Positions 8,402-17,991 of a stretch of 64,000 bases of DNA are shown one piece after another (position 1 is the first letter of the stretch; the number at the start of each line of letters is the position of its first letter). The position numbers and the translations under genes are program-made. The DNA is from Tepidisphaera sp. (GTDB lineage Bacteria; Planctomycetota; Phycisphaerae; Phycisphaerales; UBA1924): the NCBI GenBank assembly GCA_050916045.1, contig CP051526.1, positions 96,001 through 160,000 on the forward strand. The letters are read 5' to 3'. Under the pieces are notes generated by a model. That model made no database searches, was not told the origin of the DNA, and was given only the letters and a program-made list of their open reading frames with translations.

Positions 8402-11332
8402 ATGAAGTTGAAGGCATGGTTCGCGGCGGTTGCGATCGCGATGACGGGTTCTTTCGTGCGGGCCGAGGATGTTTCGCGCGACGGCGTGTGGTACACGGTT
8501 CCGTCGGTGCCGGCGGAAATCGCGGCGATGGAAGCGTGGATCCGCCCGACGGTCGGCCAGACGCTGATGCTCGATGATGTCGCGATCCAAGGCGTGCTGG
8601 CGGCGGCTCCGCTTGAGGACACGCCGGCCGCCGAAGCTCCGATCGTCGTGTGGATGCCGCGTCCGGACGGGACGTTCGAGCGTTTCTACGCGGTGGAAAG
8701 CCCGATCCTGTCGCCCGATTTCGCGGCGCTCCGGCCCGATCTCAAGACCTACCGCGGGTGGGGCATCGACGATCCGCATGCGACGACGCGGTTTGACCGC
8801 ACCCCCGAGGGCTTCCATGCGATCGTGCTCTCGCCTTCGGGCCAGTATCACGTGGACCCGTACTCCAAGGGCGATGTGTCCTTCTACACGAGCTATTTCA
8901 AGAAGGACTACGTGAAGCCGGGGATGCACCAGTGGGCGTGCCAGGTGGTCGAGGACGGGCACATTCCCGACGCGATCGGGCCGATTGATCCCTTTGACAG
9001 CCGGGCGATCGTCAACCGCCGCCAGTACAGGCTTGCGCTCGCGGCGACGGGCGAGTACACGGCGTTCTTCGCCCAGGCGGGAGATACGGATGCGCAGAAG
9101 CGTGCCCGGGCGCAGAGCGCGATGACGACGAGCATCAACCGGGTGAATGCGGTGTATGAGAACGACTTGGGCATCCGTTTGCAGCTGATCAACAACACCA
9201 GCATCATCTACACGTCGACCGCGGACCCTTACACCAACAACGACGGCGTCGCCATGCTCACCCAGAACCAGTCGAACCTCGACTCGGTGATCGGTTCGGC
9301 GAACTATGACGTCGGGCACGTCTTCTCGACCGGCGGCGGCGGGGTCGCCGTGCTTGGGGCGACCTGCCGTGCGGGGAACAAAGCCCGCGGCGTGACCGGG
9401 TCCGGTGCGCCGGTGGGCGATCCGTTCGACATCGACTATGTGGCTCACGAGATTGGCCATCAGTTCGGAGGGCCGCACACGTTCGCGGGCACGGTCTCGG
9501 CGTGCTCGGGCAACGCCAGCTCGGCGGACTCGTACGAGCCGGGCTCGGGCTCGACGATCATGGCGTACGCGGGCATCTGCGGTTCGGACAATCTGCAGTC
9601 GAACTCGAACTCCTACTTCCACCATTCGAGCATCCAGCGGATCCTGGCGTATGTCGCCGGAAGCGGGAACTGCTCGGCGAACACGGCGACGACGAACAAC
9701 ACGCCGGTGATCAGCGCCGGGGCGAACTTCACGATCCCGGTGGGGACGGCTTTCGCGCTGACGCCCGCTTCGGCATCGGACCCTGACGGGGACCCGCTGA
9801 CGTTCACGTGGGAGCAGCGGGACACCGGCGTTCGGGCGATTCCTGCGGCGGACCCGGGGAATGGCTCGATCTTCCGCCCGCGGTCGCCGACGGCCAACTC
9901 GACGCAGTACTTCCCGCCGCTTGACGACGTCGCGGACGGCACGCTTGACCGCGGCGATCTCTATCCGGCGACGTCGCGGACGCTGAACTTCCGGCTGACG
10001 GCTCGGGACAACCGGGTTGGCGGCGGCGGCGTGACGGTGACGGCGACGAACCGCGTGATCACGGTCACGACGGCGGCGGGCCCTTTCCGCGTGACGTCTC
10101 CGAACACGGCGCTGACGTTCAGCGGGAACTCGGCGATCACGGTGACGTGGGACGTGGCGGGCACGACGGCCAACGGCGTGAACTGTGCCAACGTCGACAT
10201 CCTGATCTCGACCGACGGCGGGCTGACGTTCCCGACGGTGCTGGCTTCGGCGGTGACCAATGACGGGTCGCAGCAGGTGACGCTTCCGAACGTGCAGACG
10301 AATTTGGGGCGGATCATGGTCCGGGGTTCGGGCCACATCTTCTTTGACATGTCGAACGCTTCGTTCCGCATCAATCAGGTGGCACAGCCGCCGGCGGATC
10401 CGACGAACGCTCAGGCGACGCCCTCGCTGATCTGCGTGGGTGCCCAGACGCAGCTCACGGCGACGGTGGGATCGGGCGTGGTGGTGGACTGGTACCTCGC
10501 GACGTGCGGCGGGCCGCTTGTGGGGACCGGCAACCCGCTGACGATCAGCCCGTCGAGCTCGGGCGTGTATTTCGCGCGGGCCCGGCGGACGAGCGACAAC
10601 CAGGTGAGCGCCGGGTGCGCCACGGCGACCGTGCACGTGACACAGAACGCGGTGGCTCCGACCTCGGCGAGCAGCGACCGCACGCAGGTGTGCGCTGGCG
10701 ATGGAACGATCACGCTTTCGGCGACGGGCGGGTCGGGGACGACGCTTCGGTGGACGACCGGCGCGTGCGGTGGCACGACGGTGGCATCGGGGAACAACGC
10801 GGTGATCCCTGCTCCGACGGAGACGACGACGTACTTCGCCCGCTGGGAGAACACCTGCGGGGTGTCCGAATGCCAGAGCGTCACGGTGAACGTGACGGCC
10901 GGTTCCACGCCCCCGACGGCGGCGTCGGCGGACCGTTCGGAGGTCTGTGCGACCGATCCGGGGCAGGTGCTTCTGACGGCGGCGGGCGGTTCGGGCGGCC
11001 AGCTCAACTGGTACTCGGGCTCGTGCGGCGGCACCCTCGTGGGGACTGGAGCGGCGCTGCTGGTCGACTCGCCGGAGGTCACGACGACGTACTTTGCGTC
11101 GTGGACGGGCGATTGCGGCGACTCGGCGTGCGCATCGGTGACGGTGTCGGTTGCGAACGGGCCGGACTTCAACGGCGACGGGTTCGTGGACTTCTTCGAT
11201 TATGACGACTTTGTCGCGTGCTACGAGGGTGTGACGTGCCCGCCGGGCATCGACGCGGACTTCAACGGCGACGGATTCGTGGACTTCTTCGACTACGACG
11301 ACTTCGTGGTCGCCTATGAGGAGGGTTGCTGA
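8402..11332 (+). CDS. Secreted M12B/reprolysin-like zinc metalloprotease with Ig-like repeats and GC-type dockerin
   Basis: HEIGHQFGGPH zinc motif; EPGSGSTIMAYAG Met-turn; three WY..CGG..V..G Ig-like repeats; dockerin tail. Start at MKLKAW (8402). Confidence 0.9.
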   Translation: MKLKAWFAAVAIAMTGSFVRAEDVSRDGVWYTVPSVPAEIAAMEAWIRPTVGQTLMLDDVAIQGVLAAAPLEDTPAAEAPIVVWMPRPDGTFERFYAVESPILSPDFAALRPDLKTYRGWGIDDPHATTRFDRTPEGFHAIVLSPSGQYHVDPYSKGDVSFYTSYFKKDYVKPGMHQWACQVVEDGHIPDAIGPIDPFDSRAIVNRRQYRLALAATGEYTAFFAQAGDTDAQKRARAQSAMTTSINRVNAVYENDLGIRLQLINNTSIIYTSTADPYTNNDGVAMLTQNQSNLDSVIGSANYDVGHVFSTGGGGVAVLGATCRAGNKARGVTGSGAPVGDPFDIDYVAHEIGHQFGGPHTFAGTVSACSGNASSADSYEPGSGSTIMAYAGICGSDNLQSNSNSYFHHSSIQRILAYVAGSGNCSANTATTNNTPVISAGANFTIPVGTAFALTPASASDPDGDPLTFTWEQRDTGVRAIPAADPGNGSIFRPRSPTANSTQYFPPLDDVADGTLDRGDLYPATSRTLNFRLTARDNRVGGGGVTVTATNRVITVTTAAGPFRVTSPNTALTFSGNSAITVTWDVAGTTANGVNCANVDILISTDGGLTFPTVLASAVTNDGSQQVTLPNVQTNLGRIMVRGSGHIFFDMSNASFRINQVAQPPADPTNAQATPSLICVGAQTQLTATVGSGVVVDWYLATCGGPLVGTGNPLTISPSSSGVYFARARRTSDNQVSAGCATATVHVTQNAVAPTSASSDRTQVCAGDGTITLSATGGSGTTLRWTTGACGGTTVASGNNAVIPAPTETTTYFARWENTCGVSECQSVTVNVTAGSTPPTAASADRSEVCATDPGQVLLTAAGGSGGQLNWYSGSCGGTLVGTGAALLVDSPEVTTTYFASWTGDCGDSACASVTVSVANGPDFNGDGFVDFFDYDDFVACYEGVTCPPGIDADFNGDGFVDFFDYDDFVVAYEEGC

Positions 11333-11380
11333 CCCGTGATCGGAAGGTGTTTGGAGGGGCCGCTCGCTTTTTGAGCGCGG

Positions 11381-12946
11381 ATGGACGATGATGGGGGTAT
11401 GGATGATCTGGGACAGAAGCCGAATCCGTTCGCGGGGGATCGCTGGGGCTCTGCGCCCGCACCGGTAGCCGGGGAGCCCACGCTCCAAACCCGTCCGGAT
11501 CGCGGCACCCCCGGCACGGCGATGCTCGCGTGGATCGCCATGGTGGTCCTTGTCGGCTCGACCTTCATCATGCAGCAGATGTCCGCTTCGGCGCCCCCAC
11601 CGGCGACGCCGACGACCGGCATCGCGCCGCCGCGTGCGGACGACCCGGAAGCGATGACCCTCAAGCTTCTGGTCAAGATGGGCCACTTCCTCGATCGCAT
11701 GGCCAAGCAAGGGGGCGGCAACCAACCCCAAGCCGGCGGAGCGATGCTCGCCAACGCGGACTCGGCCGCCAACACCCCGGAGAACCGGGTTCGCGCTGCG
11801 ATCGTCGCGGGTGAGCTCGGTGGAGCGGGCGAAGCCGAGTCGCGCCTGATGGAACTCAAGGACGACCTCGAATCCACAAGCCCTCCGAAATGGGAGAAGC
11901 TGCCGGACGAGGATCGACGCGTTTTGACCGAGGACACGAAAGCGCTCCTCGAGTTCTACGGCGCGGGCACGGCTCTGACGCCGGCGGCCGAGGATGAACT
12001 GGTCAAGCGTCACGGCTACTTCGGCAAGCTCGCTGCGACGTTCGGCAAGCCCGATACGGATTCGGACCGAGCCGAGCTTCTGGATGGCGGGGGCAAGCTG
12101 ATCGCCCTGCTCGGTGGATTTGGGCTTCTGGTGGTCGCGGTGATCCTGGGCGGGCTGGCGACGTTCGTCGTGATGACCGTGCTTCTGTTCGCGGGCCGGC
12201 TTCGGGCGAGGTTTGTGCCTCCGATTCCCGGCGGGAGCGTGTACCTCGAGACGGCGGCGGTCTTCTTCTTCGGCTTCCTGATGCTTCAGGTGATGATGTC
12301 GGTGGTGGTGGCGAATCAGTGGGTCGCGGAATCGAACGCCCTTTATGTGTCCCTGGGTGCTCAGTGGTTCCTGGTTCCGCTGATGCTTTGGCCGGTGGTT
12401 CGCGGGACGTCGTTCTCCCAGTGGCGGCGTGACATGGGCTTGCACGCGGGCGAGGGGTTCTTCACGGAGCTTGGAGCCGGACTGGTCGGGTATCTCGCGG
12501 GGATTCCGCTGCTGCTGATCGCGATGGTGGTTTCGCTGGTCGCGGCGATGGTCAAGCAGGGGCTTGCGGGTCCGGGTGAGCCGCCCGCGGTTGAGAATCC
12601 GGTGGTGGAGCTGGTCACCAAGGGTGGGATCGCGCCGTGGCTTTTGTTTGCGTTGGGGACGATTTGGGCGCCGCTGGTCGAGGAGTGCATCTTCCGGGGG
12701 GCGATGTTCCGGCATTTGCGGGGTCGCTTGGGCGTGGTGCTTTCGGCGGCGATCGTGGCGGTGGCGTTCGGCGCCGCTCACGGGTACGAGTGGATGATGC
12801 TCGGTCCGGTGATCGCGCTGGGGTTCAATTTCTCGCTGATGCGCGAGTGGAGGGGTTCGCTGATCGGTCCGATCGCGGCGCACTGCTTGCACAACGCGAC
12901 GGTGCTTCTGATGGTGATCACGCTCTTCTCGCTTCTGAAGGACTGA
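11381..12946 (+). CDS. CPBP family (type II CAAX/Abi) intramembrane glutamic endopeptidase with a large N-terminal extracytoplasmic domain
   Basis: Multiple TM helices; LVEECIFRG, FGAAH and AHCLHNA motifs. Start may be 11399. Confidence 0.85.
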   Translation: MDDDGGMDDLGQKPNPFAGDRWGSAPAPVAGEPTLQTRPDRGTPGTAMLAWIAMVVLVGSTFIMQQMSASAPPPATPTTGIAPPRADDPEAMTLKLLVKMGHFLDRMAKQGGGNQPQAGGAMLANADSAANTPENRVRAAIVAGELGGAGEAESRLMELKDDLESTSPPKWEKLPDEDRRVLTEDTKALLEFYGAGTALTPAAEDELVKRHGYFGKLAATFGKPDTDSDRAELLDGGGKLIALLGGFGLLVVAVILGGLATFVVMTVLLFAGRLRARFVPPIPGGSVYLETAAVFFFGFLMLQVMMSVVVANQWVAESNALYVSLGAQWFLVPLMLWPVVRGTSFSQWRRDMGLHAGEGFFTELGAGLVGYLAGIPLLLIAMVVSLVAAMVKQGLAGPGEPPAVENPVVELVTKGGIAPWLLFALGTIWAPLVEECIFRGAMFRHLRGRLGVVLSAAIVAVAFGAAHGYEWMMLGPVIALGFNFSLMREWRGSLIGPIAAHCLHNATVLLMVITLFSLLKD

Positions 12947-12949
12947 CGC

Positions 12950-14125
12950 GTGAAGGACGAGAGGCCCTTGCTGCTTGCGGTGGTGGCTTTCCTGACGCCC
13001 TTTCGGCATCAGTTCCTCGAGCGCGTCGCGCGCGAGATGCCGGAGTATCGCCTCAAGGTGGTCCTGACGCAGAACCCAGACTGGGGACCCTGGCAGTACA
13101 CGCACGTGGACGGCAAGCCCGTCGTCAACCTCGGCGTCGGCAAGCCGTGGCAATACCACCACGGATGGAAAGCCAGCATCCGCGCGGACATGCGGACCTT
13201 TCATCACCTCGCGGCGATCCTGAAAGAGGACCGGCCCTCACGGGTTTTCCTCGTCGGGTACAGCTACTGGTCGCACACCCGCTTCATTCTGAGGTGCCAC
13301 AAGCTCGGCATCCCGCTCGCGCTCTGGGGTGACAGCAACGTGCTGGGCGACAAGCCGCGGGGTGTCCGCGGGGCGCTGAAGAAGATCCTCCTCCCGATGC
13401 TGATCCGGCGATGCGCGGCGGTGCTGCCGTGCGGCTCGTCGGGACGGGCGTTCTTCAAGCGGTACGGCGCGGCCGAGGAGCGCATGTTCCTCTGCCCGGC
13501 CGATCCCGATTACACGCTGATTGATCGTCCTGACCCCGCGATTCTGGAAAGCGTCGCCGGTCGATTCGGGCTCGATCCTGCTCGCAAGCGGATCATTTGC
13601 TGCGCCCGCTTGGTCTCGCTCAAGCGCTTCGACGCCGCGATCGACGCGTTTGTGAAGCTCGCCGCCGAGCGTCCGGAGTGGGACCTGGTGATCGTGGGCG
13701 ATGGAGAGATGCGCGAGCCTTGGCAAGCTCGCGTGCCGGCCGAGCTCAAGCACCGGGTGATCTGGACAGGCTTCCTCAAGGACCCCGCGGAGACCGCCGC
13801 GATATACCGGTGGTCGCACGTCTTCGTGCACCCCGGCGATCTCGAAGCCTGGGGTGTGGTGGTTCTCGAAGCGGCCGCGGCCGGCCTTGCCATGATCGTC
13901 AGCGAGGTCGTCGGAGCCGCGGTTGACCTTGTGCGCGATGGCGAGAACGGCCGGCTGGTGCCCCCCGGGGACGCGGCGGCGGTTGAACGGGCTCTCCGCG
14001 AGGTCACCGATCCGGCCAAACTGGAGCCGATGCGGGAGGCTTCGCGGCGGATCAGCGCGGCTTTCCGCAAAAACGCCGGCGCCGTCGAAGGACTTCGACG
14101 GGCGTTGGCGTTGCGTCAGGCCTAA
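12950..14125 (+). CDS. Glycosyltransferase family 4
   Basis: ARLVSLKR, LVIVGDG, EAWGVVVLEAAAAGL, VRDGENG. Confidence 0.9.
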   Translation: MKDERPLLLAVVAFLTPFRHQFLERVAREMPEYRLKVVLTQNPDWGPWQYTHVDGKPVVNLGVGKPWQYHHGWKASIRADMRTFHHLAAILKEDRPSRVFLVGYSYWSHTRFILRCHKLGIPLALWGDSNVLGDKPRGVRGALKKILLPMLIRRCAAVLPCGSSGRAFFKRYGAAEERMFLCPADPDYTLIDRPDPAILESVAGRFGLDPARKRIICCARLVSLKRFDAAIDAFVKLAAERPEWDLVIVGDGEMREPWQARVPAELKHRVIWTGFLKDPAETAAIYRWSHVFVHPGDLEAWGVVVLEAAAAGLAMIVSEVVGAAVDLVRDGENGRLVPPGDAAAVERALREVTDPAKLEPMREASRRISAAFRKNAGAVEGLRRALALRQA

Positions 14126-14147
14126 GCCTGGAAGAACCGGATGTCGA

Positions 14148-14717
14148 TCAGCAGCCGGCCTGGAAAGCTTCGACGAAAGCGTCGTAGTCGAAGAAGTCGA
14201 CGAAATCATCCCCGTTGAAGTCCGCGGTGCCGTGAGCGCAAGCGTTGTTGTCCTCGAAGCAGGCGACGAATTCGTCGTAGTCGAAGAAATCGAGGAAGCC
14301 GTCCATGTTGTAATCCGCGGCGCACGCCGGATCGACGATGTCCAGCCGGGCCCCGAGGTTGGAGTGCACGCTGCACTGGTAGTACAAGGTGTTGGGCGCA
14401 TCCATCGGGACCGCGAACGTCATGGCTTGGTTGCCGAAGACCGAGGTTCCGGGATTCACGCCGTTGAGGTACCGCCCCGGACCACCGAACCCGCCGGTTG
14501 AGCTTGTGGTGATGTAGAAGGGGTGGGCGGCAGGGATGTTCACCATTTGGAAGGTATAGGTGACGCCTCGGGTGAGGGTCAGAGCGGCTCGCGGCACCCC
14601 GTTGACGTTGTAGAAGGACCCGAAGGTGATGCAGTACGTGTCCGCGTCCGGAACGCACTGGGCGAAAGCGGAGGAGGAAGCGGCGAGCGCGAGAATCGCA
14701 GGGGCGACAATCTTCAT
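14148..14717 (-). CDS. Small secreted cupredoxin-like protein with GC-type dockerin
   Basis: Signal peptide MKIVAP...AFAQ; LTRGVTYTF...HPFYI...LYYQCSVHSNLG; dockerin tail ending FQAGC. Confidence 0.7.
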   Translation of the reverse strand: MKIVAPAILALAASSSAFAQCVPDADTYCITFGSFYNVNGVPRAALTLTRGVTYTFQMVNIPAAHPFYITTSSTGGFGGPGRYLNGVNPGTSVFGNQAMTFAVPMDAPNTLYYQCSVHSNLGARLDIVDPACAADYNMDGFLDFFDYDEFVACFEDNNACAHGTADFNGDDFVDFFDYDAFVEAFQAGC

Positions 14718-15082
14718 GCAAAGCTCCATGTGGGTTGGACCGCGACCCGGGCCTCTTGATGGGGTCGGGCTGTGGATAAGAAAAGATGTCGCGGAGGGGC
14801 GGTGATCTTGCGTTCGGGAGCTTGAGGGCCGACCGGGGCCGCCAAGACCGGGGAAAACACCGGGTCGGATTGGGGTTGGCCTGGGTGCGGTGCGTTGACT
14901 TCTGGGCGGAAGGGGTGAATGATCCTTTCCCCCACTGAGGGAATCATGCCGGATAGTCCGGCCCGTCCTGCCCGGGAGGCAGCGAACCGAACTCGCCCGC
15001 GAGGGCTTTGGGTGTTGTCGCCGATGGGCGGGAGCGTCCGGAGTCTGAGGGACGGGGTCGATTGAGTCTGACGAGGTGACGC

Positions 15083-15523
15083 ATGCATCGTCGTGAAACG
15101 TATTTGAACAAGCCCGGCACGATGTCGACGACCTGGCGGGTCGTGGACGCAGCCGACATCCCGCTGGGCCGTCTGGCTTCGGCTTTGGCGATCGTCCTTC
15201 AGGGCAAGCACCGTCCGGACTACACGCCGCACGTCCTTTCGGGCGAAGCGGTGGTGGTGCTGAACGGGAAGCAGGTCGCGATGACCGGCCGCAAGGGCGA
15301 GCAGCGGATGAAGCAGCGGTACACCGAGTACCCCGGCGGCCTGAAGATGGAGTCGTACAACCAGGTTCGCGACCGTGACTGCGAGCGTCTGATCCGCGAT
15401 GCGGTCCGCCGCATGCTCCCCAAGAACCGCCTCGCCCGGGTGATGCTCAAGAACCTGCACGTGTTCGAGGGCGCTGAACATCCTCACGGCGGTCACAAGC
15501 CGAAAGAGCTGGTCGTCGGGTAA
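15083..15523 (+). CDS. rplM: 50S ribosomal protein L13
   Basis: WRVVDA...LGRLAS...LQGKHRPDYTPH, YPGGLK, AVRRMLPKNRL. Confidence 0.97.
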   Translation: MHRRETYLNKPGTMSTTWRVVDAADIPLGRLASALAIVLQGKHRPDYTPHVLSGEAVVVLNGKQVAMTGRKGEQRMKQRYTEYPGGLKMESYNQVRDRDCERLIRDAVRRMLPKNRLARVMLKNLHVFEGAEHPHGGHKPKELVVG

Positions 15524-15577
15524 GTCACACACCAACCAACACCCGGCTGGCACTGACCGCCGGATCACGAGGCACAC

Positions 15578-16117
15578 ATGAGCAGCATGAACCTGAGCAG
15601 CACGAAGATTGATCCCGCCTCGGCGGTGAGCGCGGCCCTCGCGGGGACCACGCCCGCGGCGGCCGAAGCCCCCAAGCCCTTGCGGATCGCCAAGGCGGCC
15701 GACAAGCGTGGCTGGTGGTGGGGTACCGGACGCCGCAAGACCGCGGTCGCCCGCGTGCGGATCCGCCTCGCCAAGGGCGAGCAGACCTTCACGATCCAGT
15801 CGATGGAGAAGAAGGTCAAGAAGACGGTTGAGAAGTTCTTCGCCGAGCTCCGCGACCGCAACGACTGCGTCCTTCCCCTCAAGGTCGCCGGGCTTGAAGG
15901 CAAGTTCGAGATCGTCGCCACCGTTCACGGCGGCGGCACGATGGGTCAGGCCCAGGCGATCCGCCTCGGTGTCGCCCGCGCCCTCGTCGGGTTTGATCCC
16001 AGCACCTACGCCGCTCTGCGTGCCGAGGGTCTCATGACCCGCGACGCCCGCGAGGTCGAGCGTAAGAAGTACGGTCAGGCTGGCGCTCGCCGCCGGTTCC
16101 AGTTCTCCAAGCGTTGA
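15578..16117 (+). CDS. rpsI: 30S ribosomal protein S9 with an N-terminal extension
   Basis: GTGRRKTAVARV, GGGTMGQAQAIRLGVARAL, ERKKYG...ARRRFQFSKR. Confidence 0.97.
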   Translation: MSSMNLSSTKIDPASAVSAALAGTTPAAAEAPKPLRIAKAADKRGWWWGTGRRKTAVARVRIRLAKGEQTFTIQSMEKKVKKTVEKFFAELRDRNDCVLPLKVAGLEGKFEIVATVHGGGTMGQAQAIRLGVARALVGFDPSTYAALRAEGLMTRDAREVERKKYGQAGARRRFQFSKR

Positions 16118-16177
16118 TCCGGATCTTCGTCTGGTTGTGGGCCGCAAGCCCGGCCCGGCGATGATCGCGGAGCGGCT

Positions 16178-16936
16178 ATGGAACAGGAAAGCCAAGCACA
16201 ACAGCGCGCGGGTCACTCGGCCCGCGCGTTTCTTTTTTTCGGCCCCCGGACCGCTCCGCACGGTTCCGTCTGGCTTCGGCGCTGGTTCCGCTGGAGGCGG
16301 GCGGCCGCGGCCGGGCTTGTCGTCTTCCTGCTGGGCGTTTCCATCATCTCGTGGGTCGCTTGGAGGCGGTCGTGGCAGCAGCCGGAATGGTGGCAGCCCG
16401 CTCCGCAAGGGCCTGATGTCGCGCCCGCGGCCGAGAGACTTGAGCAGCAGGTTGTCAGCGACGGACATCGCGTCCGTGCCGTGGGTGAAGCCTGGGAGCT
16501 CGTGCTGGACGAGGGCGCGACCAACGGCTGGCTTTCGACGCGGCTTGTGGACTGGATGAACACTCGCGTGCCACCGGTCTCGCTCGGAGCCGGGGTGAAG
16601 TCGGTCCGGGTGATGTTCCGAGCGGGGGCGCTCTACCTCGCGGGCGAGCTCGAACAGGGTCGGATCGTGACGGTGGGGGTTTCGCCGGCGGTGGATGAAC
16701 GGGGCCGGCTGGTGCTTGCGATCCGGTCGGCGAGCGTGGGTCGCCTGGGCTTGCCGAGCACCTGGGCGGCCCGGGCCCTTCAGCCGGCGGCCAGAGCCGG
16801 GCTTCGAGTCGAGAGCGAGTCGATCGTGATGGAAGAGCCGGTGCTCAAGCTTGCGGACGACCGCCGGGTGCGGATCACGCGGGTGGAGGTTTCGGAGGGC
16901 CAGCTCAAGCTGACCTGCAAGACCCTTGGCCGATGA
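16178..16936 (+). CDS. Hypothetical single-pass membrane protein
   Basis: ORF with one TM segment (AAAGLVVFLLGVSIISWVAW) and a beta-rich periplasmic part. The start is uncertain because it overlaps the terminator. Confidence 0.6.
   Translation: MEQESQAQQRAGHSARAFLFFGPRTAPHGSVWLRRWFRWRRAAAAGLVVFLLGVSIISWVAWRRSWQQPEWWQPAPQGPDVAPAAERLEQQVVSDGHRVRAVGEAWELVLDEGATNGWLSTRLVDWMNTRVPPVSLGAGVKSVRVMFRAGALYLAGELEQGRIVTVGVSPAVDERGRLVLAIRSASVGRLGLPSTWAARALQPAARAGLRVESESIVMEEPVLKLADDRRVRITRVEVSEGQLKLTCKTLGR
16205..16239 (+). terminator. Intrinsic terminator of rplM-rpsI
   Basis: CGCGCGGG/CCCGCGCG stem followed by TTTCTTTTTTT. Confidence 0.7.
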
Positions 16937-16981
16937 CGGCCGGCCCGCTGAACCGGGAATCGGGTCGGCTAGACTGGGGCT

Positions 16982-17950
16982 ATGGCGAAGGTTTCGAAGG
17001 CGCGGTCGCTGGTGGGGCTGGCGGATCTGGACGCGGTCACGATCCGCGAGCTTCTGGCGTCGACCAAAGCGATGCACAAGGTGCTGGAGAAGCCCTCGGG
17101 CGACTTGCCCCTGGCCGGGCGGATCGTCGCCAACCTGTTCTTTGAGGATTCGACGCGGACACGGACGAGCTTTTCGGTCGCGGCCAAGCGGCTGGGCGCG
17201 GAAGTCGTGGATCTGATGGGGTTTGCGAGCAGCGTGAACAAGGGTGAAACCCTCGTCGACACGGCCCTCAACGTCGAAGCGATGGGGGTCGACGCGATCG
17301 TCGTGCGGGCCAAACAGTCCGGAGCCGCCGAGCAGATCGCCGCGGCGGTGTCCTGCCCGGTCATCAGCGGCGGCGATGGCCGCCACGAGCACCCGACCCA
17401 GGGCCTTCTGGATACCTACACGCTGGCCGAGTCGCACGGGCGGCTCAAGGGGTTTGATCTTCGCGGCCTGAAGGTCCTCATCGTCGGGGATGTGGCGAGC
17501 AGCCGCGTGGCCCGGTCGGCGATCGTGGGGATGTCCAAGCTTGGGGCAGAGGTCGTCTGCATCGGTCCGCCGGGGCTTGCTCCGGGGGCGTTGGCGTCGC
17601 TTGGCTGCAAAGTCTCGCACGATCTGGATGAGCACCTGTCCAAAGCGGATGCGGTGATGATGCTCCGGATGCAGTTTGAGCGTCACGACGGAGATGGAGC
17701 GGCTTCCGGCGGCGAGCGCAAGAGCGGGGTCATCGCGTCCGTGCGTGAGTACCGGGCGGGGTACGCCCTGACGGCCGAGCGGGCGGCCAAGCTGCGGGCG
17801 GGGTGCGTGGTGATGCACCCGGGCCCGATGAACCGGGGGATCGAGATCGACGGCGAGGTGGCGGACGGTGAGCGGTCGGTGATCCTGAGGCAGGTGACCA
17901 ACGGGGTCGCGGTGCGGATGGCCGTGCTTTCGTGGTGTCTGGCCGGGTGA
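16982..17950 (+). CDS. pyrB: Aspartate carbamoyltransferase catalytic subunit
   Basis: FFEDSTRTRTSF, KGETLVDT, GDGRHEHPTQGLLD, MHPGPMNRGIEI, QVTNGVAVRMA. Confidence 0.96.
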   Translation: MAKVSKARSLVGLADLDAVTIRELLASTKAMHKVLEKPSGDLPLAGRIVANLFFEDSTRTRTSFSVAAKRLGAEVVDLMGFASSVNKGETLVDTALNVEAMGVDAIVVRAKQSGAAEQIAAAVSCPVISGGDGRHEHPTQGLLDTYTLAESHGRLKGFDLRGLKVLIVGDVASSRVARSAIVGMSKLGAEVVCIGPPGLAPGALASLGCKVSHDLDEHLSKADAVMMLRMQFERHDGDGAASGGERKSGVIASVREYRAGYALTAERAAKLRAGCVVMHPGPMNRGIEIDGEVADGERSVILRQVTNGVAVRMAVLSWCLAG

Positions 17951-17991
17951 GAGGTTCGTGCGGGCGGGGAGCGGGGGTACACTGGTTCCCC

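Noticed and set aside
6182..13207. 2341-aa minus-strand ORF and other long antisense ORFs (e.g. 14714-17818, 23713-26067, 53336-55573, 1850-3655)
   Set aside because: Shadow frames opposite well-supported genes. They are R/H/V-rich with no motifs, as expected from high-GC codon bias.
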